Below, in pieces: positions 27,301-40,704 of a DNA stretch of 64,000 nt (the first letter of the stretch is position 1; every line of letters begins with the position of its first letter). This stretch comes from Lama guanicoe (lineage: Eukaryota): contig MU053653.1 of assembly GCA_013239625.1 (NCBI GenBank), positions 1 through 64,000 on the forward strand. Reading direction: 5' to 3'. The notes under the pieces were generated by a model, which ran no database searches, was not told where the DNA came from, and worked only from the letters and a program-made list of their open reading frames with translations. The position numbers and the translations under genes are program-made.

Positions 27301-30300
27301 GGGGTGATGGCTGCAGAGTGAGCACGGAGACCTCACGGTCTTTGTGAACAGTCAGAAGCAACTAGCACATTTGCACTCGTTCTATTTTAAGTCTCCTGGG
27401 AAGACACTTTCCCCCATCCCGATAATAACGCTGTCAGTGAGGGAAGTTGGTGGCCTGATTTGGCTCATCAACAGGTAACCTCCTTTACAAAATTCCTCCA
27501 CGGAAGCCTGTTCATCCAGATCCAGGTACACATGCACACACTCACAAGAGCCAGGTGCTTCACTCGTGGCCTCCCAGCTGTCACACCTCCTCGTCCAGGT
27601 CACTGCTCTCCTGGCCTCCTAACTGCCCCACTGTGTCTGTTCTCGGTGGGCTGCTCTCCTGCTGCCCCCCTGCCCCCAGAGCCAAGGTGATCTTAACACA
27701 TGACCTGGAGCAAGTCTCTGCCTTTACTAATAACCTTCGACAGCTTGGCCTGTGTTTGCAATGAAATCCAGCCTCCTTCATGAGGCCTGTGAGGCCCTAC
27801 AAGGGAAGAGTCTTGCCTGCTCCTCCAGCTGCCTGCTGACCAGTCTTCCTGCTGCAGTCCACCCTCCCGCCAACCTCACTGTCCCTCCTCCTGGAATTCT
27901 CTGGGCTCGACAGCGGCAGCTCCTTCTCACTCACCTCAGAAAGGACTTTCCTGACCACCCATTTAAAGTAGGCTCACCCACTGCCCCGTCCTGAACTAAG
28001 CCTCCTTATGTTTATTAAAACCCTTACAGTATTTCTCCTGCCCCCCCACCAGAGTCCCAGGACCATGAGTCTGTCTTGTCCCTGCTGTGCCCTCAGCCTG
28101 CACAGCAGACACAGGCTGAACAGAAATCTCTCATGGCCGACAGATCTTTCATACCCTATTGACCGGCAAGGCAGTCACTTAGTATTATGGGCAGGAGTAT
28201 AAACTGACACTGCTTATCTGAAAACAAATCTGGCAGTGTTTATTAAGAGCCTTCAAAATGTTCTTAATCCCTTAATTCCGTTCTGAGGAATCTTATAAAA
28301 AAAAAATAAGAGATGTGGTATCAGATTTAGTGACAAGATGCAGCCTTTTAAAAAAAGATGACTAGTAAGAAATAAATGAGTCATTCAGTGGTGGGGATAA
28401 TAAACTCTCAATATGGAACAGTGTTGTCATTGGAATCATGTCTTCAAGGTAAATAAAAAGGCAGAATGGAGCAGTCCCTCCAAAACCACCACTGCCAAAC
28501 GGACCCTTTGGTCTGAGACCCTTTTGCCCCTTTTCTGTCTACAACTTAATAAAGCTACTTGATATATCAGTCTCATTTCTGGTTTGACTCTGTTATTTAT
28601 TCATTTTATAAATACTTGAGTGTCAACTTTTTGCAAGAGTAGGTATGCACAGTATGAAAGTTATTCCAGACAGAGTTCCTGCTGTGAAGAGACTTCTACT
28701 TCAAATTTAACTCCTTTCAAACTGATTCCAACCCCAAGCTAAACCATTTACAGCTTTGTGCTTCACTGACAGGCTTCTCCCACTGGCTCTGGCAGGACCA
28801 AGAGCACCTGGCCATCACAGCTGGGGGCACGCGGACAGCCCAGCAGGAGAAAGAGTGAGGATAGGTTACTCTTGGTCGCACTTTAGAAAGCATTACTATC
28901 CTGTCAAGACTGGAATGAGAAGGCTGTCATGATGCTGCCTGGAAAGGGTTCCAGTTCACTGGACATCAGATTAGTCCAATGATATTGTGGCTGAAGACAG
29001 AGATTAAAGACCTGGAGAACAGCAACATTGTTTTAACTTAAATACACACACACAGAGTCTGACAGATTGAGTAGCTCTGCCTCAGTTTTCCCATCTGTAA
29101 AATGGGGGTAATAATAAATAAAGAAATAATAAAATAATAAATAAAATAAATAAATAATAAATAATAAAACAGTATCTACCTCTCAAGGTTGTTGTGAGGT
29201 AGATTAAATGAATTAACAGATACAAAAGTGCTCACAACAGTGTCTGGCAAATAATAAGCACTAAATAAGGCTTACAGTCAGCGCCCAGCACAGTTTTTGG
29301 CACAGTGTAGGGCCTCTGGAACCATGTTGTCCTCAATGCTGAATGAAGCTGTTATAAACACCTATGTGCATGTTTTTGTGTGAACATAAGTTTTCAACGT
29401 CTTTGGGTAAATACCAAGGAGCACGACTTCTGGATCGAATGGTGAGAGTGGGTTCCACACTGGCTGCACCATTTTGCACTCCCACCAGCAGCGAATGAGA
29501 GTTCCTGCTGCTCCACTTCCTTGTCAGCACTTAGTGTTGTCAGCATTCTGGGTTTTAGCCATTTCATTAGATGTGTAGCAGTGTCATGTATTAATCCGCA
29601 TTTCCCTGATGACGTGATGTGGAGTGTCTTTTCCGATGCTTATTCGCCATCAGTATAACTTCTTTGGTGAGGTGTCTGTTACTGTCTTTGACTCATTTTT
29701 CGATTGGGTTTTTCTTATTGAGTTTTAAAAGTAATTTTTATATTTTGAGTCGCAGTCCTCTATCAGCTGTGTCGCCGTTTCTTTATGCCTCCCTCCTCGT
29801 CCCGCTGAGCTGACGTAAATCAGACATGCCCCCATAGTAAGGAGTCAGACTCCATCTTTTTGGTGTTTGACTGCTGATAGATTTTAAGCATCACTTGTCC
29901 CTTTCTTTCTGCCCCATGTCTGGGCAACAATAAGAAAGCCTGGCTGTTCTCTCTTTCGGAGCCCTCAGCCCATCCCCCACTGTGATACAAAGTCTGAGCC
30001 AGTTTCCTTTCTCTGATCTCTCAAGCTGTTTTTGGACTTGCTTGGGAACCACCCTGCTCGCCTTAGGAAATCTCATGATGTGAGGAGTAAGCCTTCCCGT
30101 GCCCCGGTACGTGGAACGGGGACGGCTTCGGTCGTCTTGACGTCTGAGCCAGCTTTGGGGTGGGGTGTCTTCTCTTTCTGCAGAGTGACTGCAGCACCCC
30201 TCTCTGATAATGTAATGTGTGAAATGGCTGACTACTGCTTGAGAAAGGGCCGAGTTTTTGTAGAAGTGGGATGGCTGCTTCCTTCTGAAGAATCTGGATA

Positions 30301-33300
30301 AGCAGCGGGACAAGACAGTACGAACGTGCCCTTGTGGACCCAAGTCTTTCACGGTTAGGTGGTAAATATCACTGCTGCTTGGAGACCTAGCCGTTCTGGA
30401 GACAGTCTGAACACGGGGCTTTAGTATCTGAAGGTCTGGGCAGCTTCGTGGCCTGGGCCCAGGGGAGCTGTTGGAAGAGTCGTGGTTGCAGAGGGCGGCT
30501 CCTTCACCCGAGAAAGCCCCGCAGCTCTGCCTGCATTTGACCCCAGCCCCTGAGGAGGGTGAGGTTGTTAGTTCTGAACACAAATCTTTTGGGGGGAATT
30601 TATTAAGAGGCCGGGTTCTCGGAACCCCTGTAGAAAATGTTTAATAGCTTTAGAAGCTTGTTGTCTCACACTGGGTGGGATTCAGCTCAGATGAACGCGG
30701 CACCTCTTTGCTCCCCAGGCCGCCCTTTTGAGCTGGAGAGAGCTGTCGTCACTGACACGTTACGGCTGAACTGGAGAAGTGTGGAGTGGGTACAGGAGTT
30801 TTCCGTGAACGCATCTGAGGAATCTGAAGCACAGAGAGTTGTCCTTACTGGCCTTCTCTGCTGATAATGGAGGACAATCCACTCAAGCTGAGAAAGTCAG
30901 GAAGCAGCCCTGGCAGGTGACAGCCAGATCAGGATATCCCCAGCTGAGTGTGAACACTTTTCTCAGATTCTAAAGGGGACTCAGACATCCTGTTCTGCGG
31001 CCAGCGGGGAACGGGTTCGAAACATGAATACTCTGCAGAGAGTATTCAAAACAGCTCCACCAGACCCCAAGGCCCAGGACACTTTCCTCTGCGAACAGCT
31101 GGTCACAGTCCTTCCCCTGCCTCCTGAGTGGGGGCCCTCCACGTTCCTGTTTCTGAGCCTCTGTTGTTGACCATCTGTTCTCGCTCCTCCAGCCATTCCT
31201 TCATCACCCTTACTGAGCTGTTCTCTGAGCCGTTCCTGCCCTCCTGGGGCTGATGCTTCAGGGAACAGAGCAGGTAAAATGTGCAGTGCATCAGAGGCTG
31301 GGATTTGCCATGGAGAAAAGCGAAACATGGAAGGGAGGGGTGTCAGGGTAGAAGGTGCTGGTCCACAGACCTGAGACATCTGGGAGAAGGCACTTCCCGA
31401 GCAGCAGCCCTCACAAGGCCCCAGCTGGACTTGCAGGCCACGTGGACGGGTCGCCCTGTGAGGGCCTGCAGGGCACTGTGGACACCTCAGGCCTTTCTGA
31501 CTAATATGCTTTAGTATCAGTCTCCTTGTTTGCGGGGCATCCTATCATCTCACCTGGATGTGTGAGTTAGTCTTACTCCCACAGGGAATCTCGTTTCTGT
31601 CTCTTAGGGGGTCACAGATATTGTAGTACCCCCGGGATGACAGGGGCTGTAATGCACCCAGGCTCATAGGGGTCCTTAGGGCCAGTAGCTGTCTGCACCC
31701 TCCTGTCCCTTTGCCCAGGGAGCTCGCAGTCTGCCCCGGGGGCGCTGGCTTCCAGGACGCGTCGTGACCCACTGGACACATCCCTGGGCCTTTCCCCTTC
31801 TTTTCCTGGTACCTGCAAAACTCTCCCTCATCTTTGCCTTCGAAATCTCAGCTCTTAAAATGTGAGCTGGGCCCACTCAGGGTTTTCCCTGGAGACCCAG
31901 GACATTCTGCACCTCTGTCAATCCTGCCCTTGCTGGACAGCTTATTTAAAAGTCTGTCTTTCCTGTTGTATCACTTGCTTCTCTGAGGCCAGCACCACAT
32001 TGCTCAGTCTCAGTGCTTCTCCCATCATTTAGTTCCTGCTGTGTCCTAGCAGTGCTTAATTTGTCGAAAAATGAAACCAAGAGGAAGAAATCCCATGTTA
32101 TACAAATGTTAACACATAATGTAGGGAAAAACCCCACCAACTGATAAATCTAGTACCTATGCACTTACAAAATGCTTCTCTCCACAATATCTCAATTTAT
32201 CTTCACAACGACTCTGTAGAAGGGAGCTTCTATCCTTCAAAATGAATCAGGCTTTTGCCTTAAATCTACATTAAACTTTATCTTAGAACCTCTGGACCAA
32301 GAAGATAAAATCCCCTGAGTTAGGTTCTGGTATGTCGAAGGGGAGGGCTGAGAACCAGGACTGGGACAGAGGAGAAGGAGCTCGCCTGGAGTTCTGGTCT
32401 GAAGCGGAAAGAACAGCATCGGTGAAGTAAAAGTGCAAGATGGGGCCAGGTGCTGGCGGGGGAGGCCCGCGCTGGCTGAGCTGAGGCCAGGTGCCCCCGA
32501 GGGGAGTAGATGGTGGCTTTTGTCCTCTCTTTTCAGGGTTAAATGTCAATTTTCAAAGGAAAGGTAAACTCACGGCTCTCACCCAGATATAACAATGAGT
32601 AAGTGTTAATGATTTTATTTAGCTTGTATCCAGATGCGGGAACTAGGCAGTTGTTAGAACTGGTTCAAAGGCGCAAAGACGCACATGTTTATCTGGAGGT
32701 GAGGAATGCCCGATGCTTGTGCGAACAGGGCAAACTGGCTTTTCCAGAGAAGGAGGACTGTCCCTCATGGGGCAGGGCTCGTTTGCGCATCTACAGAAAG
32801 GAATATTCTGAATTGCTATCAGTTCTCTGTAACCTTAGCTCTGTAAAGCCTGCCTGAGGGTGTGGTCTGGACAGCAGGAGGTTTCCATCCAAGCACAGTC
32901 TGTCCTGACCCGACTTGACAGATTCTACAGTCGAGCCACTTAGTGGAGGGGATGGACAGTGCTGGACGGTCACTTGATCCCGCAAACCCATCTCCCTTCT
33001 GTCATGCAAGGCTGACACTGCTAACGGGTGGGGCTGCTGTGAGCACTCGTGAGATAAGGCTTTGAGGAGTCATCTCAGTCCCGGGTGTTTAATGACCACC
33101 AGCAGTTGTTTCAGTCCTGTTAAGAAACATTCAACTGCACTCTTGGGGTGATGGCTGCAGAGTGAGCACGGAGACCTCACGGTCTTTGTGAACAGTCAGA
33201 AGCAACTAGCACATTTGCACTCGTTCTATTTTAAGTCTCCTGGGAAGACACTTTCCCCCATCCCGATAATAACGCTGTCAGTGAGGGAAGTTGGTGGCCT

Positions 33301-35326
33301 GATTTGGCTCATCAACAGGTAACCTCCTTTACAAAATTCCTCCACGGAAGCCTGTTCATCCAGATCCAGGTACACATGCACACACTCACAAGAGCCAGGT
33401 GCTTCACTCGTGGCCTCCCAGCTGTCACACCTCCTCGTCCAGGTCACTGCTCTCCTGGCCTCCTAACTGCCCCACTGTGTCTGTTCTCGGTGGGCTGCTC
33501 TCCTGCTGCCCCCCTGCCCCCAGAGCCAAGGTGATCTTAACACATGACCTGGAGCAAGTCTCTGCCTTTACTAATAACCTTCGACAGCTTGGCCTGTGTT
33601 TGCAATGAAATCCAGCCTCCTTCATGAGGCCTGTGAGGCCCTACAAGGGAAGAGTCTTGCCTGCTCCTCCAGCTGCCTGCTGACCAGTCTTCCTGCTGCA
33701 GTCCACCCTCCCGCCAACCTCACTGTCCCTCCTCCTGGAATTCTCTGGGCTCGACAGCGGCAGCTCCTTCTCACTCACCTCAGAAAGGACTTTCCTGACC
33801 ACCCATTTAAAGTAGGCTCACCCACTGCCCCGTCCTGAACTAAGCCTCCTTATGTTTATTAAAACCCTTACAGTATTTCTCCTGCCCCCCCACCAGAGTC
33901 CCAGGACCATGAGTCTGTCTTGTCCCTGCTGTGCCCTCAGCCTGCACAGCAGACACAGGCTGAACAGAAATCTCTCATGGCCGACAGATCTTTCATACCC
34001 TATTGACCGGCAAGGCAGTCACTTAGTATTATGGGCAGGAGTATAAACTGACACTGCTTATCTGAAAACAAATCTGGCAGTGTTTATTAAGAGCCTTCAA
34101 AATGTTCTTAATCCCTTAATTCCGTTCTGAGGAATCTTATAAAAAAAAAATAAGAGATGTGGTATCAGATTTAGTGACAAGATGCAGCCTTTTAAAAAAA
34201 GATGACTAGTAAGAAATAAATGAGTCATTCAGTGGTGGGGATAATAAACTCTCAATATGGAACAGTGTTGTCATTGGAATCATGTCTTCAAGGTAAATAA
34301 AAAGGCAGAATGGAGCAGTCCCTCCAAAACCACCACTGCCAAACGGACCCTTTGGTCTGAGACCCTTTTGCCCCTTTTCTGTCTACAACTTAATAAAGCT
34401 ACTTGATATATCAGTCTCATTTCTGGTTTGACTCTGTTATTTATTCATTTTATAAATACTTGAGTGTCAACTTTTTGCAAGAGTAGGTATGCACAGTATG
34501 AAAGTTATTCCAGACAGAGTTCCTGCTGTGAAGAGACTTCTACTTCAAATTTAACTCCTTTCAAACTGATTCCAACCCCAAGCTAAACCATTTACAGCTT
34601 TGTGCTTCACTGACAGGCTTCTCCCACTGGCTCTGGCAGGACCAAGAGCACCTGGCCATCACAGCTGGGGGCACGCGGACAGCCCAGCAGGAGAAAGAGT
34701 GAGGATAGGTTACTCTTGGTCGCACTTTAGAAAGCATTACTATCCTGTCAAGACTGGAATGAGAAGGCTGTCATGATGCTGCCTGGAAAGGGTTCCAGTT
34801 CACTGGACATCAGATTAGTCCAATGATATTGTGGCTGAAGACAGAGATTAAAGACCTGGAGAACAGCAACATTGTTTTAACTTAAATACACACACACAAT
34901 AGCACAGCATATTAAAACCTATTTACATGAAGTACACTGTACCCCAAGAAAACAGAACAGAACTCTGAGACTCCCTTTTCCTGCTCCAGAGACACAACCT
35001 GGCACGGTCAGCAGCAAGACATCCTTGTAAGTGAATGATGGAGAAGAGGTGGGGTGGGGGGCAGCCCCCACAATGGGAAAAGCTTATGGAGTGTAATTTT
35101 CAGGTTCTGGCAAATCAGTTTGTGCTGGGAGTGCCACTGATGATGGAAATGCTGTGAAAACTGCTTTCTCTAGCATGCTGCTGCTGAAAGGTGTAGCCCC
35201 CTACAGAAATTCTGAGTTAGAAATGTGGGTACATCAGATGGGAGACAAAGCAGGGATGCTGGTGAGGGAAGAGTTCAGACCGTCCACAAGAAGTAAAGTG
35301 ACCAGAAAAAATTAAAAAAAAAAATA

Positions 35327-36502
35327 TCCCGCTGAGCTGACGTAAATCAGACATGCCCCCATAGTAAGGAGTCAGACTCCATCTTTTTGGTGTTTGACTG
35401 CTGATAGATTTTAAGCATCACTTGTCCCTTTCTTTCTGCCCCACGTCTGGGCAACAATAAGAAAGCCTGGCTGTTCTCTCTTTCGGAGCCCTCAGCCCAT
35501 CCCCCACCGTGATACAAAGTCTGAGCCAGTTTCCTTTCTCTGCTCTCTCAAGCTGTTTTTGGACTTGCTTGGGAACCACCCTGCTCGCCTTAGGAAATCT
35601 CATGATGTGAGGAGTAAGCCTTCCCGTGCCCTGGTACGTGGAACGGGGACGGCTTCGGTCGTCTTGACGTCTGAGACAGCTTTGGGGTGGGGTGCCTTCT
35701 CTTTCTGCAGAGTGACTGCAGCACCCCTCTCTGATAATGTAATGTGTGAAATGGCTGACTACTGCTTGAGAAAGGGCCGAGTTTTCGTAGAAGTGGGATG
35801 GCTGCTTCCTTCTGAAGAATCTGGATAAGCAGCGGGACAAGACAGTACGAACGTGCCCTTGTGGACCCAAGTCTTTCACGGTTAGGTGGTAAATATCACT
35901 GCTGCTTGGAGACCTAGCCGTTCTGGAGACAGTCTGAACACGGGGCTTTAGTATCTGAAGGTCTGGGCAGCTTCGTGGCCTGGGCCCAGGGGAGCTGTTG
36001 GAAGAGTCGTGGTTGCAGAGGGCGGCTCCTTCACCCGAGAAAGCCCCGCAGCTCTGCCTGCATTTGACCCCAGCACCTGAGGAGGGTGAGGTTGTTAGTT
36101 CTGAACACAAATCTTTTGGGGGGAATTTATTAAGAGGCCGGGTTCTCGGAACCCCTGTAGAAAATGTTTAATAGCTTTAGAAGCTTGTTGTCTCACACTG
36201 GGTGGGATTCAGCTCAGATGAACGCGGCACCTCTTTGCTCCCCAGGCCGCCCTTTTGAGCTGGAGAGAGCTGTCGTCACTGACACGTTACGGCTGAACTG
36301 GAGAAGTGTGGAGTGGGTACAGGAGTTTTCCGTGAATGCATCTGAGGAATCTGAAGCACAGAGAGTTGTCCTTACTGGCCTTCTCTGCTGATAATGGAGG
36401 ACAATCCACTCAAGCTGAGAAAGTCAGGAAGCAGCCCTGGCAGGTGACAGCCAGATCAGGATATCCCCAGCTGAGTGTGAACACTTTTCTCAGATTCTAA
36501 AG
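35327..36502 (+). repeat. Third, slightly diverged copy of 23956-25131
   Basis: Offset 11371; about 8 substitutions seen. Confidence 0.92.
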
Positions 36503-36750
36503 AAGGAACAACGTCTGCCTTGGAAGTGGGCCATCGCGTGAGGGGAGAGGCGGGGCGGCGAGGACGGAGAACCCGTTTCCTCTTCTGAAAAGACTCGCGG
36601 TCACAGCCTCAGGCTGATACGAAGCCTGTTCCATACTACCTCTTTTGAAAGACTGGAGGGGAAAGACCCCCCTGAAACCCTAATATTCATCTAGGCTGCG
36701 ACAACCAGGTCGGGCGGGTTCTTCCCTCCCCGCGGGCCAAGGAAGCTCAC

Positions 36751-36852
36751 CGGAGCGTGGTGAAGTTCAGGGCTGTGACACTCCCCAGGCCATAGGAGAG
36801 GATCAACGCGATGATAATCTGCGAGGCGATCCCCACCCAGATGACTTTATTT
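36751..36852 (-). CDS. ATP12A: ATP12A exon 21 (displaced)
   Basis: [40 protein letters not shown]; 102 nt. Confidence 0.9.
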
Positions 36853-36991
36853 CTGCAGGACACATAGGAGCAGAGCCTGAATTCGCAGGCCCACACGCCC
36901 AGCAGTCAACCCTCTTGTGCTTCGGGCGTGGCCCCCATCTTCCCGGCACCAAAGGCCGAGGTTGAACCAGGAGGGTGGATGCGGGCGGTAC

Positions 36992-37125
36992 CTGAATAGG
37001 CCCTGCTGGAAGATGGAATTCCTGCGGGTCTTCCTGATAATCAGATCTGCCAGCTGCTGGATCATGATGCCAATGAAGAAGGCGGTGTACCCCGTCCATT
37101 CTAAGTATTTCCTCTGGTAACTCGT
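36992..37125 (-). CDS. ATP12A: ATP12A exon 20 (displaced downstream of exon 23 in this assembly)
   Basis: [48 protein letters not shown]; 134 nt. Confidence 0.9.
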
Positions 37126-37571
37126 CTGTCAACGGCCAGAGGAAGAGGAGGCTGTGAGGCCCCACATGGAAACTTCAGGGAGGTTTCAGTGCATTTCCAT
37201 TAACCGTTACTCTTTTCCCCTCACCAAGATTGAGAGGGGATCACCTCCTTGCGTTTGGAAAGAAACATGTTTTTTCCTTTAACCAGGTGAAAAGGGAAAG
37301 ATGCTGACCTAGGTGATTGGGTCCAGCCCTGGAGTTACTGGCTGGTTACCCTTCCACACCAACTGCAGGGCCGGTGCAAAAAAGTGAGCTCCAGGCATCC
37401 AACTCGAGAGATTAGCTGGGCCCGGTAAAGTCAAATCGCTGTGACCAAGGGGCCCGCAAGCCCTCTTAACCGGGAAAACTGTCACCTTCTCGGTCCCTGT
37501 CCGGCCGTCTGGGGAAAAGAAAGTTCCACATCTGGGGCGAGGCAGCGACAGGGGTGAAGCGGAGGAGCCGC

Positions 37572-37651
37572 CACAGCCCCGTCCTCACCCACTCCTGCCC
37601 ACAGCCCCGCCCTCACCCACTCCTGCCCGCAGCCCCGCCCTCACCCACTCC
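37572..37651 (-). repeat. 28-bp minisatellite (about 3 units), each reproducing the ATP12A exon 19 end and donor
   Basis: Plus-strand unit cacagccccgccctcacccactcctgcc; minus strand reads GGGCAGGAGTGG|GTGAGG. Confidence 0.9.
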
Positions 37652-37892
37652 ATGTCATTCTTCCTTACACCACCTTGAAACCCACATATGCTTAAATAAG
37701 GAGCTAGATGTATAAACGAAAATCATATACAAACAGTTAAATCTCTGCGTTACATTACAAAACACCAAGAAGCCCTCCGTACACGGTGAAGTACACAAGG
37801 AAAGCTCCCAGGGCTTGCATGAGGCCTGGAAGAACGGGAGGGTCGACAAGGACATCAGAACTGCCCTGACCTCATTCTCCTTTGCTTCGCTT

Positions 37893-39280
37893 CCAGAGTC
37901 CCAGGACCATGAGTCTGTCTTGTCCCTGCTGTGCCCTCAGCCTGCACAGCAGACACAGGCTGAACAGAAATCTCTCATGGCCGACAGATCTTTCATACCC
38001 TATTGACCGGCAAGGCAGTCACTTAGTATTATGGGCAGGAGTATAAACTGACACTGCTTATCTGAAAACAAATCTGGCAGTGTTTATTAAGAGCCTTCAA
38101 AATGTTCTTAATCCCTTAATTCCGTTCTGAGGAATCTTATAAAAAAAAAATAAGAGATGTGGTATCAGATTTAGTGACAAGATGCAGCCTTTTAAAAAAA
38201 GATGACTAGTAAGAAATAAATGAGTCATTCAGTGGTGGGGATAATAAACTCTCAATATGGAACAGTGTTGTCATTGGAATCATGTCTTCAAGGTAAATAA
38301 AAAGGCAGAATGGAGCAGTCCCTCCAAAACCACCACTGCCAAACGGACCCTTTGGTCTGAGACCCTTTTGCCCCTTTTCTGTCTACAACTTAATAAAGCT
38401 ACTTGATATATCAGTCTCATTTCTGGTTTGACTCTGTTATTTATTCATTTTATAAATACTTGAGTGTCAACTTTTTGCAAGAGTAGGTATGCACAGTATG
38501 AAAGTTATTCCAGACAGAGTTCCTGCTGTGAAGAGACTTCTACTTCAAATTTAACTCCTTTCAAACTGATTCCAACCCCAAGCTAAACCATTTACAGCTT
38601 TGTGCTTCACTGACAGGCTTCTCCCACTGGCTCTGGCAGGACCAAGAGCACCTGGCCATCACAGCTGGGGGCACGCGGACAGCCCAGCAGGAGAAAGAGT
38701 GAGGATAGGTTACTCTTGGTCGCACTTTAGAAAGCATTACTATCCTGTCAAGACTGGAATGAGAAGGCTGTCATGATGCTGCCTGGAAAGGGTTCCAGTT
38801 CACTGGACATCAGATTAGTCCAATGATATTGTGGCTGAAGACAGAGATTAAAGACCTGGAGAACAGCAACATTGTTTTAACTTAAATACACACACACAAT
38901 AGCACAGCATATTAAAACCTATTTACATGAAGTACACTGTACCCCAAGAAAACAGAACAGAACTCTGAGACTCCCTTTTCCTGCTCCAGAGACACAACCT
39001 GGCACGGTCAGCAGCAAGACATCCTTGTAAGTGAATGATGGAGAAGAGGTGGGGTGGGGGGCAGCCCCCACAATGGGAAAAGCTTATGGAGTGTAATTTT
39101 CAGGTTCTGGCAAATCAGTTTGTGCTGGGAGTGCCACTGATGATGGAAATGCTGTGAAAACTGCTTTCTCTAGCATGCTGCTGCTGAAAGGTGTAGCCCC
39201 CTACAGAAATTCTGAGTTAGAAATGTGGGTACATCAGATGGGAGACAAAGCAGGGATGCTGGTGAGGGAAGAGTTCAGAC
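37893..39280 (+). repeat. Copy of 33893-35280
   Basis: Identical sequence at offset 4000. Confidence 0.92.
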
Positions 39281-40262
39281 CACAGACCGTCCCCAAAAAA
39301 TTAAATGACCCGAAAAAAATTAAAAAAAAAAATTGGAATCACATCTCACTTTTTTGTGTCCTATGCTCTGTGTTTTATACAAACTCAAATTAATTAGAAC
39401 TCCACAATCAGGCCTGGTTTTATAAAACATCTTTCACTGGAGCTCTCAACATGGGTGTGGTTACACACGAATAAACTAAATAGAAGCACAAAATGTACAG
39501 TCAGTGCTGCAGAGCGTTTTGTAACTATCTCATAGGAAATGAATATGACATTTTAAACCATGGTGGACATCCACTGAGGCTGAATTCTGGCAAATTAAAA
39601 CCCCTTTGGGCCAAGGGAGCATTTGGAGCTTTGTTTTGGAGTTGGCAGAGGGGTGGAGGGTGACCTGGGAGGAGGGAGGGCACCAGAGGATTGGCCAGGT
39701 GGTGAGCAGGAATGAGGACCTTTAAGAAGGATGCCTCAGAGGCAAACTGAGGTTGTCCAGGTTGCTGGGAAGTAAACCTGCCATCACGCCCATCTCTTGC
39801 CAACGTCTTGCTGAATTAGCCTTTTTTGAGCAAGGTGACTGTGAAATAAGTTCTCCGGGGATTCACAGGGATCTCAGGGAGGCCACTGGCCTTTTAATAG
39901 GATGTGGAGGTCTGAGCAACCTTCCCTAGAGTTCAAAGGACAGGGAGACCCCAGCAGATGCCTGGATTCCTTGAGACTGTTGAACACGGGTGAGCTTTAT
40001 ACACACATAAACATGTCATTCTTCCTTACACCACCTTGAAACCCACATATGCTTAAATAAGGAGCTAGATGTATAAACGAAAATCATATACAAACAGTTA
40101 AATCTCTGCGTTACATTACAAAACACCACTGAGTATCTTTTATACAGTTCTGTCCTCTTAAATGCATTCTGACGACGTCCCCACGGCAGCACTCGCCCAG
40201 CTGGTGGCCGGCAGATGAAGAACCCCCACATGAGGCTGGGAGGCTTGGGAAGTAAGGCGGTC

Positions 40263-40291
40263 TCAATAATACATGTTCTTATCCCACCAGC
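40263..40291 (-). CDS. ATP12A: ATP12A exon 23 (terminal coding exon)
   Basis: (G)[11 protein letters not shown]. Confidence 0.92.
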
Positions 40292-40369
40292 CTGCAGAGG
40301 TGGAAAACAGCAAGTCAGAACTGCGAGTCCACTGCGGACGAGCAGCCCCTCGCGGCGTGCGCGACCTAC

Positions 40370-40461
40370 CTCCCGGATAGAGCCGGATGAAGAGCTTCCG
40401 CGCCTCGTCGTACACCCAGATCAGGACGGCGTGCGGCGCAGCCACGAACCAGTACTGAGCC
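40370..40461 (-). CDS. ATP12A: ATP12A exon 22
   Basis: [30 protein letters not shown]; 92 nt. Confidence 0.92.
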
Positions 40462-40704
40462 CTGGAAGCAGAGGGGCGAGTCCTGACGTCCGGGAGGCCA
40501 CCTCCCTGCCTTCCTGGACACACTGCGCGGGGTCACACAGCGTAAAACTGGGCCGTGACTCCAGGAACAACGTCTGCCTTGGAAGTGGGCCATCGGGTGA
40601 GGGGAGAGGCGGGGCGGCGAGGACGGAGAACCCGTTTCCTCTTCTGTAGTGCCTCCCTGTAGTGCGGTGGTTGCCTGGGTGTTGTAGGAATGAGAAGGGG
40701 ATAC

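Larger units (their letters stand above)
23211..34898 (+). repeat. Near-perfect head-to-tail duplication of a 5844-bp unit (23211-29054; 29055-34898)
   Basis: All ORFs repeat at offset 5844; only one difference noticed by eye (24704 a vs 30548 c). Confidence 0.95.

Noticed and set aside
37572..37651. CRISPR-like 28-bp repeats
   Set aside because: No spacers, head-to-tail minisatellite, eukaryotic context
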